Shown here one piece after another: positions 54,923-63,476 of a stretch of 64,000 nt of DNA (positions within the stretch are counted from its first letter, which is position 1; every line of letters starts with the position of its first letter). The notes under the pieces were generated by a model. It searched no databases and was not told where the DNA came from. It worked only from the letters and a program-made list of their open reading frames with translations. Made by a program: the position numbers and the translations under genes. Source of the DNA: a virus (taxonomy: Duplodnaviria > Caudoviricetes); the IMG/VR virus record IMGVR_UViG_3300031993_000007. One strand, written 5' to 3'.

Positions 54923-55816
54923 TCAGGAGTTGACAGTTTCTTCAGGCTGCTTAGGCGAGCCGACCACAACGTAGGTTCCGTAGTTATCCGTAATTTCCTT
55001 GGCCTTGAAACGTTCTTCCGTGTCAAAGTATGCAGAATCCGGAATCTGGAAGTATCCGTTAGTCTCTTCTTCGCTTCGGTCAGTTTCATTGTATTGACAA
55101 CCGTTCGGAAGATTAGATTCATTCTTGATAAAGCGCAAAGCTCCGTCGCTGTTGTCGAACACCATTTCTACCTTCAGGGAATTCAAGGTATCTCTGAACT
55201 TCTTGACGGCTTCAGTGATGATAGCCTTCTCGTCATTGCTGAGACAAATGTAGTCGCTCCAAGGACGATTGTCTTCGTCAACTACAGCTGCGCAGCCATA
55301 GAATTTCCCTTCATAAGTGCTGGCATACACGTTCCGAACAACGTCAGTTACAAATTCTTCGCTTTCGGCGTTAAAGGTATACCAAAGATTCTGGACGACA
55401 TCGTCGTTCAGAGAAATAACTCCGCCTTCAACAGAGCAGTACGTTTGACCATACAGCTTTCCAGTATTTGTATTACGGTAGACCATACAGCGCGACGCAT
55501 AGCCCTTTGGATCATGGAGAATCTTTTGCCGGATGTGAATGCTGCGGGACATGATCGGAACCTGCGTCATAACATTTCCGTCTTTCACAAAGAATTTTTC
55601 CTTGATCTGAGCAGAGAAAGCATCGCTTCCGTTTATAATAACATTTCCGTCATAGACAATCTGCTGAATGATTTCATCATCTACAAAGGAAACCTCTTCC
55701 TTGAGTTTGGACAGATCGACCTTGTGGAAGGTGTTATTGTCACGTTTGATGTACAAAGGGTCTCTGCGGACGAGCATGGGAATGGTAATTTTGTTATTAG
55801 GGATAGCTTCAGGCAT
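54923..55816 (-). CDS. hypothetical protein (297 aa)
   Basis: AAGGA SD. Confidence 0.85.
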   Translation of the reverse strand: MPEAIPNNKITIPMLVRRDPLYIKRDNNTFHKVDLSKLKEEVSFVDDEIIQQIVYDGNVIINGSDAFSAQIKEKFFVKDGNVMTQVPIMSRSIHIRQKILHDPKGYASRCMVYRNTNTGKLYGQTYCSVEGGVISLNDDVVQNLWYTFNAESEEFVTDVVRNVYASTYEGKFYGCAAVVDEDNRPWSDYICLSNDEKAIITEAVKKFRDTLNSLKVEMVFDNSDGALRFIKNESNLPNGCQYNETDRSEEETNGYFQIPDSAYFDTEERFKAKEITDNYGTYVVVGSPKQPEETVNS

Positions 55817-55831
55817 AATTTTCCTTTTTGG

Positions 55832-56131
55832 TTAGGGGTTGATATCTTTCCAAGGCTTGAGTCTCCACTCTAGGAGCTTAGAGGCCGAGACGCTTCTGTG
55901 CAGAATATAGAACAAGCGGATCGCTAAAGACAGACAAAGGATTACAGCCGCTATTTGAGTGATCCATTTTAGAGAGTCCTCTATTCTGTCAGTTACGAAT
56001 GCGGCTATTGTAGCTACAAAGTCTATTGCAAATACAAGTGCAGGGCTTTTGTTGAAGCCCTGCTCTGCTACTTTGATTAAGTCCTTGTTGCTGTAACCTT
56101 TGAATTTCTTTTCAAGTTTACAGGTTTCCAT
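55832..56131 (-). CDS. membrane protein (start revised to METCK)
   Basis: AAGGAG SD; 2 TM. Confidence 0.7.
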   Translation of the reverse strand: METCKLEKKFKGYSNKDLIKVAEQGFNKSPALVFAIDFVATIAAFVTDRIEDSLKWITQIAAVILCLSLAIRLFYILHRSVSASKLLEWRLKPWKDINP

Positions 56132-56795
56132 TTGTTGATGGCTCCTTTGGACTTGATCCAGAGTATAAGAATTTGATCCACGCCGTAAAGGCCGGAATTT
56201 CTCCGTCGTCCAATTCGTTGTCATTGAAATCGGCGATTTTGATTTGCTTCTTTAGCTCATCAAGGAGATTTTCCGCTTCCATCGGATCGTGTTTCTGAAG
56301 AGCTTCTTTGCAGATATTTACAAGATTCTCGTAGTCAATTTCTTCTATTAATGTAGATTGGAAGCCGTTAAGACTTGCATTATAGGCTTCGACTGGAGTG
56401 ATCTTTATCTGCTCGTCAAACAGATTCTTTCCGAAGAACGGAGTAATTATTTGGTCATTGAAAATTTTTCCTTCCTTAAATTCTCCTTCTGGATCTATGA
56501 CTATATCCACTGTAGGTTTATTTAGAGGCGAATCTTTAGGGATTTCTTCTTCGTACCCATAGACCTCGTCACAGCAGTCTTCTTTAGCACCAGCTTTTAC
56601 TGCTACAAAGATCATTTCAAGAAGTTCCTTAGCTGCATTGCTAAGGATTTCCTCTTTAGAATTTAGACTACCTGACCTTGGATCTGAGCCATCTCCACCC
56701 ATCTCAACCTTGTTTCCTTTCAAATGGTAATTACCATAGGTCAGAAGTTCAAAGATGGTGTGGCCCGGATTAGTAACATATACCTTCTCTTTCAT
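56118..56795 (-). CDS. acidic hypothetical protein
   Basis: GAGG SD after promoter 56820. Confidence 0.8.
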   Translation of the reverse strand: MKEKVYVTNPGHTIFELLTYGNYHLKGNKVEMGGDGSDPRSGSLNSKEEILSNAAKELLEMIFVAVKAGAKEDCCDEVYGYEEEIPKDSPLNKPTVDIVIDPEGEFKEGKIFNDQIITPFFGKNLFDEQIKITPVEAYNASLNGFQSTLIEEIDYENLVNICKEALQKHDPMEAENLLDELKKQIKIADFNDNELDDGEIPAFTAWIKFLYSGSSPKEPSTNGNL

Positions 56796-56819
56796 TTTTA
56801 CCTCTGTTGAGTCTTATAG

Positions 56820-56849
56820 TAATATAAGCCGGAAGCCGAAGCTTCCGGT
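56820..56849 (-). promoter_or_regulatory. terminator (UUCG) + early promoter TATATTAC
   Basis: CCGGAAGC/GCTTCCGG stem; exact phiKZ early consensus. Confidence 0.8.
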
Positions 56850-57085
56850 TAGATAAATATCTCAACATCGTCTCTGTACTTATCCCTAATGTCTTTAGGT
56901 AGATCCATATTTTCCTCAATCCAAGGCCCTGGAACATAGGAATCCTGATCCTCAAACTTGACCGTTCCTTCTGCCAAGGCTTTTTTGATTGGTTCAGAAT
57001 TTCCTTCCAGAATCTTTCTAATTTCAGATTCTGGAAGATCTACTTCGCATCCTAGACGAAATCGAAGTTTCATTAATACCTCCAA
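56849..57085 (-). CDS. hypothetical protein
   Basis: GGAGG SD favours the start at MKLRF. Confidence 0.7.
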   Translation of the reverse strand: MEVLMKLRFRLGCEVDLPESEIRKILEGNSEPIKKALAEGTVKFEDQDSYVPGPWIEENMDLPKDIRDKYRDDVEIFI

Positions 57086-57114
57086 AGTTAGTGATAAAAT
57101 TGATCTTCATCAGA

Positions 57115-57423
57115 CTATCCTCCCTTGAACAAGCGTTCTACATCCTTGCAACATTCGGGATAGTCCCGATGGCCGAGTTTCTTCATTTCATCGGCTAAAT
57201 CCCTCATAGCCAGTAAGAATTCTTTGCCGTATTTCTTTCGGCACTTGACGAAGATAAGTCTGTATCCATTGATTTGGCTCTTGAACTCCCTTCCAAACTT
57301 TACAGGAATTCCGTGATGCGCAAAGATAGGTTCAGACAGATAATCATCAATGTCTATGATCGCAAAGTGGTAGAAAATGAATGCCCCTTTGTTGATCCTG
57401 AAATAGTTACGCTGTCTTTTCAT
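57115..57423 (-). CDS. hypothetical basic protein (start revised to MKRQR)
   Basis: GGAGG SD. Confidence 0.75.
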   Translation of the reverse strand: MKRQRNYFRINKGAFIFYHFAIIDIDDYLSEPIFAHHGIPVKFGREFKSQINGYRLIFVKCRKKYGKEFLLAMRDLADEMKKLGHRDYPECCKDVERLFKGG

Positions 57424-57877
57424 GTGATTCCTCCGGGTCAATTTTGATCTTGATACTGCCGTCAGAGATCCCAACAAGGATTCTTCCGACAGGCCCATGA
57501 GAATGTTTCTTCATATTGAACCAAGGATATTCTGTTTTATCTGCAATCTCTATAAATTCTATAGGATTACAAATTATGTCGTTATAAAGCTTTCTGATAA
57601 TTGTATCGGAATAGCATGTATTTAAGTTTTCACGAATGGCAATCAGCGGCATTGCTTCGAGATACTTAAAGATATAATCTTGGGTACTGTAGTCCTCCGG
57701 ATGTTTATCCATTGTGCTAATCCACTTCAAAGCGTCTCTAACAAGCCCACTTGCAAAATCCCAAAGTTTTTCGGATGGAGTTAGCTGCTTCATACTCCAA
57801 TTGGTATATTTAGCCTTGAAGATATTTGGGTATGTATCTTTGAATCTTTGCTTTTGTTTATTAAGTCTTTTAGGCAT
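57407..57877 (-). CDS. DP-module family protein (start revised to MPKRL)
   Basis: GAGG SD, promoter 57900-57906; DIICNPIEFIEI. Confidence 0.75.
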   Translation of the reverse strand: MPKRLNKQKQRFKDTYPNIFKAKYTNWSMKQLTPSEKLWDFASGLVRDALKWISTMDKHPEDYSTQDYIFKYLEAMPLIAIRENLNTCYSDTIIRKLYNDIICNPIEFIEIADKTEYPWFNMKKHSHGPVGRILVGISDGSIKIKIDPEESHEKTA

Positions 57878-57937
57878 TTGTTCCTCACAGTTCTCATTAT
57901 AATATACAATAAAAAAAGGTGCTGGGCGCACCTGAAA

Positions 57938-58303
57938 TTATTTGATAGAACCCTCGTAAGGCTTCTTGTCTTGAAGTATAATTTTGCTTACGGCAGATGA
58001 CCAGCGTACGAGAATATTATCGAAGGTTTTGTCATTTCCTGCCGAAGGAATCTTATATCCTTTCTTCATTATTGCTGTGGTATACGCTCCGCCGTCTACG
58101 ATCTTAAGGAATGCGCTAGTCAGCTCGTGCCGGATGACAATAATCGCTGTTCTGCAACCATTGTATCCATTCGGATCAACTGCTACAGCCATTTCTAGTT
58201 CGTGGATGTAGTCTTCAAGTGTTCCATCAATGGTTTTCTTGCTTACTTCTCTAAAGATCTCAACTGGCTGTCGAACTCTTAAAGCATTTGTTTCTTCGCT
58301 CAT
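57938..58303 (-). CDS. hypothetical protein (start revised to MSEET)
   Basis: AGGAG SD, promoter 58334-58340, terminator ~58351-58372. Confidence 0.75.
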   Translation of the reverse strand: MSEETNALRVRQPVEIFREVSKKTIDGTLEDYIHELEMAVAVDPNGYNGCRTAIIVIRHELTSAFLKIVDGGAYTTAIMKKGYKIPSAGNDKTFDNILVRWSSAVSKIILQDKKPYEGSIK

Positions 58304-58376
58304 ATATCTCCTGGGTTTATGGTTGCCAGGAGATAATATAGAAATCAAAAAAGATAAGCCCTAAGGCTTATCCTTG

Positions 58377-59393
58377 TTAGTCGTCATCATCGTCAACGAA
58401 GTTTTCCCAACGAGCTTGCTCTTTTGCATCACGGGCTTTCTTCGCTGTTTTTTCTTTTTCTTTTCTTTGGCGCTCTCTGAATTCTCCCATTGTCGGAATT
58501 TGACTCAAGACGTTCTCAATAGCTTCAAGAATTTCCTTGTCAGATTTCTTGATGAGGGAATGGTTGTTACCTTTACGGCAATTGAGATATCGCTTGATGA
58601 ATGCTCGGTGACTGGTCATTTCCATGTCAAAGAGGATGTCATGAGCTTCCTGAGCAAATTTACCAGCTCGGGTATACGTTCCATTAGTATCGAAATCTTC
58701 GAAGTTGCGATCATCGTCACAGAGCTCGTAGCATTTGTTCTCAATGCAGAAATCATAGAATGAATTGTAACCCCAGTCTTGTTCGGGGTGCTTCTCAAGC
58801 CAATCTATGTAATCCTTCGGTGATACCTTTTCTTCATTTGTTCCATAGATATTTTCGAACTGTGCACACAAGCAGGAGGTTATGATTTCATTCTTCCACA
58901 AAGGAATATTGTTGTCTTCTTCGCTGATAAGTTCTCGGACAATTCTGTGCAAATAGTAGTATTTGTCATGGAAGTATTCCCATGACGGTCGTTTCTTATG
59001 GATCTTTTTAAAGAGAGCTTCCTTCTTCTTCAGGCACTCGAATACTGGCCTAAAGATTTCATCGTCAAGCTCTCTTGAAAAGTCTAAGATATTGTGAACA
59101 CCTAGTCTTGCAACACCAGAAGAGCGCATGTCACTATCTGGCCTAAGAATATACAAGCCACTTTCGGGAATGAACGGCTGTTCCTTCCCATTGCTGTCTT
59201 CGTTTCTCTTTATCCAACGGAATGTCGGAATGACTTTCCAGTTATACGAACCGGCGCATTGATAAATGCGACCAGTCTGGTCATCATCCATCATAGCGAT
59301 AGTCGTGTTGCCATCTTTAATTCCAATCGCAAATTGGAGCGGAACTGAGAATGTATCCACACGCTTCTCAGGAGGTTTATTTTCTTTCCACAT
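58377..59393 (-). CDS. hypothetical protein (338 aa)
   Basis: long ORF; may be fused to the upstream ORF. Confidence 0.8.
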   Translation of the reverse strand: MWKENKPPEKRVDTFSVPLQFAIGIKDGNTTIAMMDDDQTGRIYQCAGSYNWKVIPTFRWIKRNEDSNGKEQPFIPESGLYILRPDSDMRSSGVARLGVHNILDFSRELDDEIFRPVFECLKKKEALFKKIHKKRPSWEYFHDKYYYLHRIVRELISEEDNNIPLWKNEIITSCLCAQFENIYGTNEEKVSPKDYIDWLEKHPEQDWGYNSFYDFCIENKCYELCDDDRNFEDFDTNGTYTRAGKFAQEAHDILFDMEMTSHRAFIKRYLNCRKGNNHSLIKKSDKEILEAIENVLSQIPTMGEFRERQRKEKEKTAKKARDAKEQARWENFVDDDDD

Positions 59394-59806
59394 GTTTCAT
59401 ATCCGAAATCGCTGTAGTCGTATTCGTACGTTGCAGGCAGACGGAGTTGCATTGTAAAGACATCGAAGAATACAGGATACTTATTATAGAAATCATGAAT
59501 GATCTTAAAGATCGATTCAGTCTTTGTGTAGGTTCCGAATCTAAGCTCCTTCATCATCTGAAGCGGATTGTTTCGCAGAATTTCAAAGGCACTTTTGGCA
59601 TCAAGATCGATGACTTGCCTAGAGAAGACACGAGAATAGCTGTCGCCCCAACCACGATTCTTGTTGTTGCGTTTACAATACTTGTCAGCTTCTTCCTTGT
59701 TGCTCTCATGGCCAAAGCCTTCTTCTTCGTAGCCTCTGTCATATTCCATTTTCTCTATGACAAACCATTCGGTCTTGGCATACTTTGTAAGCAGGTTTTC
59801 GCTCAT
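59291..59806 (-). CDS. hypothetical protein
   Basis: AAGGAG SD; 103-nt overlap with next ORF. Confidence 0.7.
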   Translation of the reverse strand: MSENLLTKYAKTEWFVIEKMEYDRGYEEEGFGHESNKEEADKYCKRNNKNRGWGDSYSRVFSRQVIDLDAKSAFEILRNNPLQMMKELRFGTYTKTESIFKIIHDFYNKYPVFFDVFTMQLRLPATYEYDYSDFGYETCGKKINLLRSVWIHSQFRSNLRLELKMATRLSL

Positions 59807-59850
59807 TGTTGGTTCTCCTTAGGTTGTTTCTTGGTTTGTGAATTGAAAAA

Positions 59851-59872
59851 GGACAAGGCCGAAGCCTTGTCC
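59851..59872 (-). terminator. intrinsic terminator (UUCG)
   Basis: GGACAAGGC/GCCTTGTCC + T-run. Confidence 0.8.
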
Positions 59873-59877
59873 ATTGT

Positions 59878-60063
59878 TTAACCTTTGTTAGCTATTGCAT
59901 TGATCGGATTAGCCGAAGAAAGTAACTCCATGACTTTATAATGGCACTTCTCACAGAGTTGAAATTGAAAGAAGGTTCGGCTTCCAGGTTCGGAAGAGAT
60001 TTGCATAGTAGAAAAATCGTCATCACAACCTATCTCTTTGCCGCATCCACTGCAAATAATCAT
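59878..60063 (-). CDS. small Zn-finger protein
   Basis: CSGC...CEKC; GGAGG SD. Confidence 0.7.
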   Translation of the reverse strand: MIICSGCGKEIGCDDDFSTMQISSEPGSRTFFQFQLCEKCHYKVMELLSSANPINAIANKG

Positions 60064-60099
60064 TATTTCCTCCCTAGCTTAAGAAAGCTACATTGTAAT

Positions 60100-62861
60100 T
60101 CATTTCCACGCCTTGAATAGACCGATAAATTCTTCGTGGCTAGGAAGTCCAAAATATTCTCGACCGATCTCAATGTCATTACGGCTCACGATGTAGTCTG
60201 CCAGACGGGCAGAGAAGTTGATGTCGTTGACATTACTCGCCAGATAAATCTTTCCTCGAAGAGTCGTAACAAACATGTTCCAAGACTTCTTCAGGTTCGG
60301 ATACAGAGAACTCAAGTCAGAATCTATCACAAAATCGAACACAAATCGGCTGAATTTGTTGAGAATCTTGAGTCCTACGTTCTGCATGAGATTAGGATCA
60401 CTTACAACATTGTGTTACGAGCAGTCGCTACTTGCTCTCTAATACTTTCGTACTAGTTCAGACTATATTTTACGCTTTAAGCGTTTGTGTCTTTCGAGCT
60501 CGCTTGAGCCCTACTCCCTTGCGGGATAGTCGTTGAACGTTCAAGTTAAGTTTCAGATAAAATTCCAAATTCTTTCTCGGCTTTTTCTCTGTAAGCAATA
60601 GCCATTTCTTTAGCTTTGTCGCCCCATACAGAAATGGAGAAAGTCTTTGTGTACACAATGCCTTGATTGTCTACCCATTGTGTAGCCCATCTTGGAGATC
60701 TTCCATTAGAACCTTTAGAATAAGAGACTCCTGTTCGTCCGATTTTATTCTTCCGTTTACTAATGTTTAGATTGTTCTCTCGATAAGTAACAATTCGCAA
60801 ATTTTCTCTGCGATTATCGAAAGTATCTCTATTAATATGGTCTACCACAAAACCCTTAGGAGGATTTAGTAGAAATCTGTGCAATTTGCAAGTCTTATTT
60901 TCAAACTTGCACGCTACGTAGGGTGTAGGCCCTTTGGCAGTTGTGTCTTTTATGTACCATTGTCGCTGCTGAATCAATTCTTTATCTTTTTTAGATATCA
61001 GAAAAGATCCTTCATGCTTTGTACCTGTGATAAGTACTTTTGTGGTATTTTCGTCAATATCTATGTAAGTATTCATACAAAACATAGTTTGACGAATCTG
61101 ATCTTTAACAAGCTTCGCTGCTGATTGTCCAATCTTAAGAATTGTTACCATTTTATGGTATCTTAAGCTCTAAGGAGTTTCCAGCAATTAACACAATTTA
61201 ACGTGCGCATGTAAAATTTACGCACCACGGAACTTCTTCTTTTTGGTCGCCTTCGTAACCATACTCTGTTCTTCAGGATTTTCCTCTTCCTCTTCTTCGT
61301 CGTCGTCATCTGGAGAGGATTCTTCTACCTGATCAAGGAGGCTAGTGGTCTGATCCATAAGCTTTTTATATTCATCAAGCTCTGGCTCTTGGTTCATCGG
61401 CACACCGTGCTGACGTTCATAGGCTTCAGCGATCTCTGCAAGAACCTTGACATGGTTGTTGGTCATCACCAGATGTTCGTAGTCCAACCAGAAGTACTCC
61501 AAGAAGTTGCGGAGCATGGTGGTCTTGGTGAGACACTTTTCGGCTCTAGTGCGAGACAGCTTACCCAGCATGATCATAGTATCGCTGATGTTAGCCTTGC
61601 CATCTGCCCAGAACATACCCATCGTATCGATTGCAGAGTACTTCACGAATAACTTGTAATCCTTGTATGGAAATTCGTGCATTTCATAGTCATCATGCTT
61701 CACCTTGGTGATACCGATTTCGGTACGGAGCACATAGTCAAGGTTAGTCTCTTCAGGCTTCTTAATACTTTCACGAGCCTTAAAGTAAGAGAACTGCAAA
61801 TCCAGAACGGCATAGTCCGTTGCAAAGTTGTACTTGTCATTACGCTTAGCCACATCCTTGGCACTATAGTCGTTGACATAATAACTGTTGCGATACTCTA
61901 TTGGGATATTGTCCGTAGCGATGATGTCCTGCATACGGGTGAAACCAACCTTCTGTTCTAGTCTGTTCATCAAGAAGGTATGGTCGAAGCCTTGGTTGAA
62001 GGCGAGCAGATAATCCGGATGGAAGACTTCGTTCATATCACGGTAGTGCTCAGTGATAAGATCTTCTTCTCTGGAATAGAACTTGATAACCACATTGATA
62101 TGCGGCATTGGCTTATCCTTGAAGATAGACTTTTGAGTCTCATTCACATAATCTTCAAGTTCCTTGCGGTTCTCTTCAAGGTGAGCCTTAAATTCTTGAA
62201 TTAGAGGATTTGGAGCCACACACTCATTCGGATCCGAGTCATCCAACAACCTGATAACTTCCGTGTTGGTACGGCTATCAAAGAATGAGATTGCATTGAC
62301 TGGAGTACAAGCCTCTTCGCCGGGAACGAATCTACCGACAGCATAGTTGTCGGTTTCGATATCGAAGTAGCACTTGTTGAGCTTGGTTAGGTGATCTTCA
62401 TTGGTTTCGTCAGCTCCGTGCTCACGAATGAATCGCCCGATATAATGGTCTACCAAGTCGGCATCAATCCCATGAACATGGTTTAACAGCATCAAGTTGT
62501 TTGGTCGGACTCTTTCACGACGGCAAGCATTAAGATACTGACGGTTCTTTGCAGCATTTACCGGATCAAATTCTTCTTGTAAGTCAATAATGGCATCATA
62601 AGCCTCATCATAGCCGCACTCAACTTCTTCGGTATCCTCTTCAGGAATCACCAGCAATTCTTGGCCCTTGTATTTTTCGATGGCATCGAGCTTGGTAGTC
62701 CTAAAGCGGATCGTAGGATGTTGGTCTATATCAATACGCTTTTCACCGTCTTCGTAATAGATTGTGGCGATCGCTTGATCGTTAAACTGATCAGGATTTT
62801 TCAATCTCTTGACGGTAATCAGTTTGTATTTGTGGTCAGTGGGTGTTTCAGCCATATTCAT
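60100..62861 (-). CDS. family-B DNA polymerase, N-terminal subunit (3'-5' exonuclease + motif A); exons 61220-62861 and 60100-60407, 649 aa spliced
   Basis: ExoI FDIETD, ExoII AFNQGFD, ExoIII YSAID; splicing restores KFRGA-F-VSDP and DSDLSSLYP. Confidence 0.9.
60408..61219 (-). mobile_element. group I intron (812 nt) in the DNA polymerase gene
   Basis: P1 GTGCGT/GCGCAC with U.G at the 5' splice site; P AATTGCTGGAAA, Q AATCAGCAG, R GTTCAACGACTA, S AAATATAGTC; terminal G at 60408; P10 TTACA/TGTAA. Confidence 0.92.
60546..61085 (-). CDS. intron-encoded HNH homing endonuclease with AP2-like DNA-binding domain
   Basis: LHRFLL..VVDHINRDTFDNRRENLR.VT..EN; TGV....RW.......KTFS...G..A...A...R; start 61085 or 61076. 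Confidence 0.9.
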   Translation of the reverse strand: MFCMNTYIDIDENTTKVLITGTKHEGSFLISKKDKELIQQRQWYIKDTTAKGPTPYVACKFENKTCKLHRFLLNPPKGFVVDHINRDTFDNRRENLRIVTYRENNLNISKRKNKIGRTGVSYSKGSNGRSPRWATQWVDNQGIVYTKTFSISVWGDKAKEMAIAYREKAEKEFGILSET

Positions 62862-63058
62862 TCCTTATTAAACCAATCTGAAAATTTCTTATTGCGAATC
62901 AGTAAAAGAGCTATCAGGGAGCAGAACAAATGTCCAAAGACGATCCCGTCCTCATTTCCAAAGAGAGTCGCAAAAGCGAATACTATAATGATCCATACGC
63001 AGATTATGCACATGAATTTAAAATCTTTCTTGTCATTGTGTTTCATAGACAACCTCAA
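62858..63058 (-). CDS. small membrane protein (2 TM)
   Basis: hydrophobic segments; stop overlaps the polymerase ATG. Confidence 0.65.
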   Translation of the reverse strand: MRLSMKHNDKKDFKFMCIICVWIIIVFAFATLFGNEDGIVFGHLFCSLIALLLIRNKKFSDWFNKE

Positions 63059-63091
63059 TTAAGAGTCCGTCCATACTGAAGATACCAGTAT

Positions 63092-63418
63092 CTAGGCATT
63101 CAATAGGCCTTTTAGCATTTCGCCAGCTTCGGTTTCACTGAGAGCTGATACTGTTTCAGGCAGATCGCTAATCAGCAAATCTCGAATAAGTGTTGTCCAC
63201 GTTTCTACTCCCTCAACAGCTACCATAGGAATATCCTTATAAAGTTTGGGCTTTTTAGCTTTAGTCAGTATAGCTCTATGCAAAATTGGAAAGAGAGGCG
63301 AGTTTTTTCCATCTATGAAAATAGAGTTTGTTGTCATAAAGACCACCCACTCGATGGTATTTGGGGCAACAACACACTTCGCTACGACCTCTAAATTTGC
63401 TAAATCTTTCATAATCAC
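63092..63418 (-). CDS. hypothetical protein
   Basis: GAGGTG SD after promoter 63440. Confidence 0.75.
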   Translation of the reverse strand: MIMKDLANLEVVAKCVVAPNTIEWVVFMTTNSIFIDGKNSPLFPILHRAILTKAKKPKLYKDIPMVAVEGVETWTTLIRDLLISDLPETVSALSETEAGEMLKGLLNA

Positions 63419-63439
63419 CTCTAAAGATTTTACAAAAAA

Positions 63440-63470
63440 TAATATAATGCTTAGCCGAAGCTAAGCATTA
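63440..63470 (-). promoter_or_regulatory. terminator (UUCG) overlapping an early promoter (63440-63446)
   Basis: TAATGCTTAGC/GCTAAGCATTA. Confidence 0.8.
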
Positions 63471-63476
63471 TACGGA

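Noticed and set aside
213-59806. DP-like matches in 213-518, 2999-3301, 19231-19587, 57938-58303 and 59291-59806
   Set aside because: Weak context or wrong distance from the C-terminus; not counted as family members without an HMM test.
60546-61151. HNH ORF start at 61151, or an intein in the polymerase
   Set aside because: The first ~20 codons overlap intron core elements (P5/Q), so a start at 61085 or 61076 is likelier. The insertion has an in-frame stop and group I signatures, so it is not an intein.
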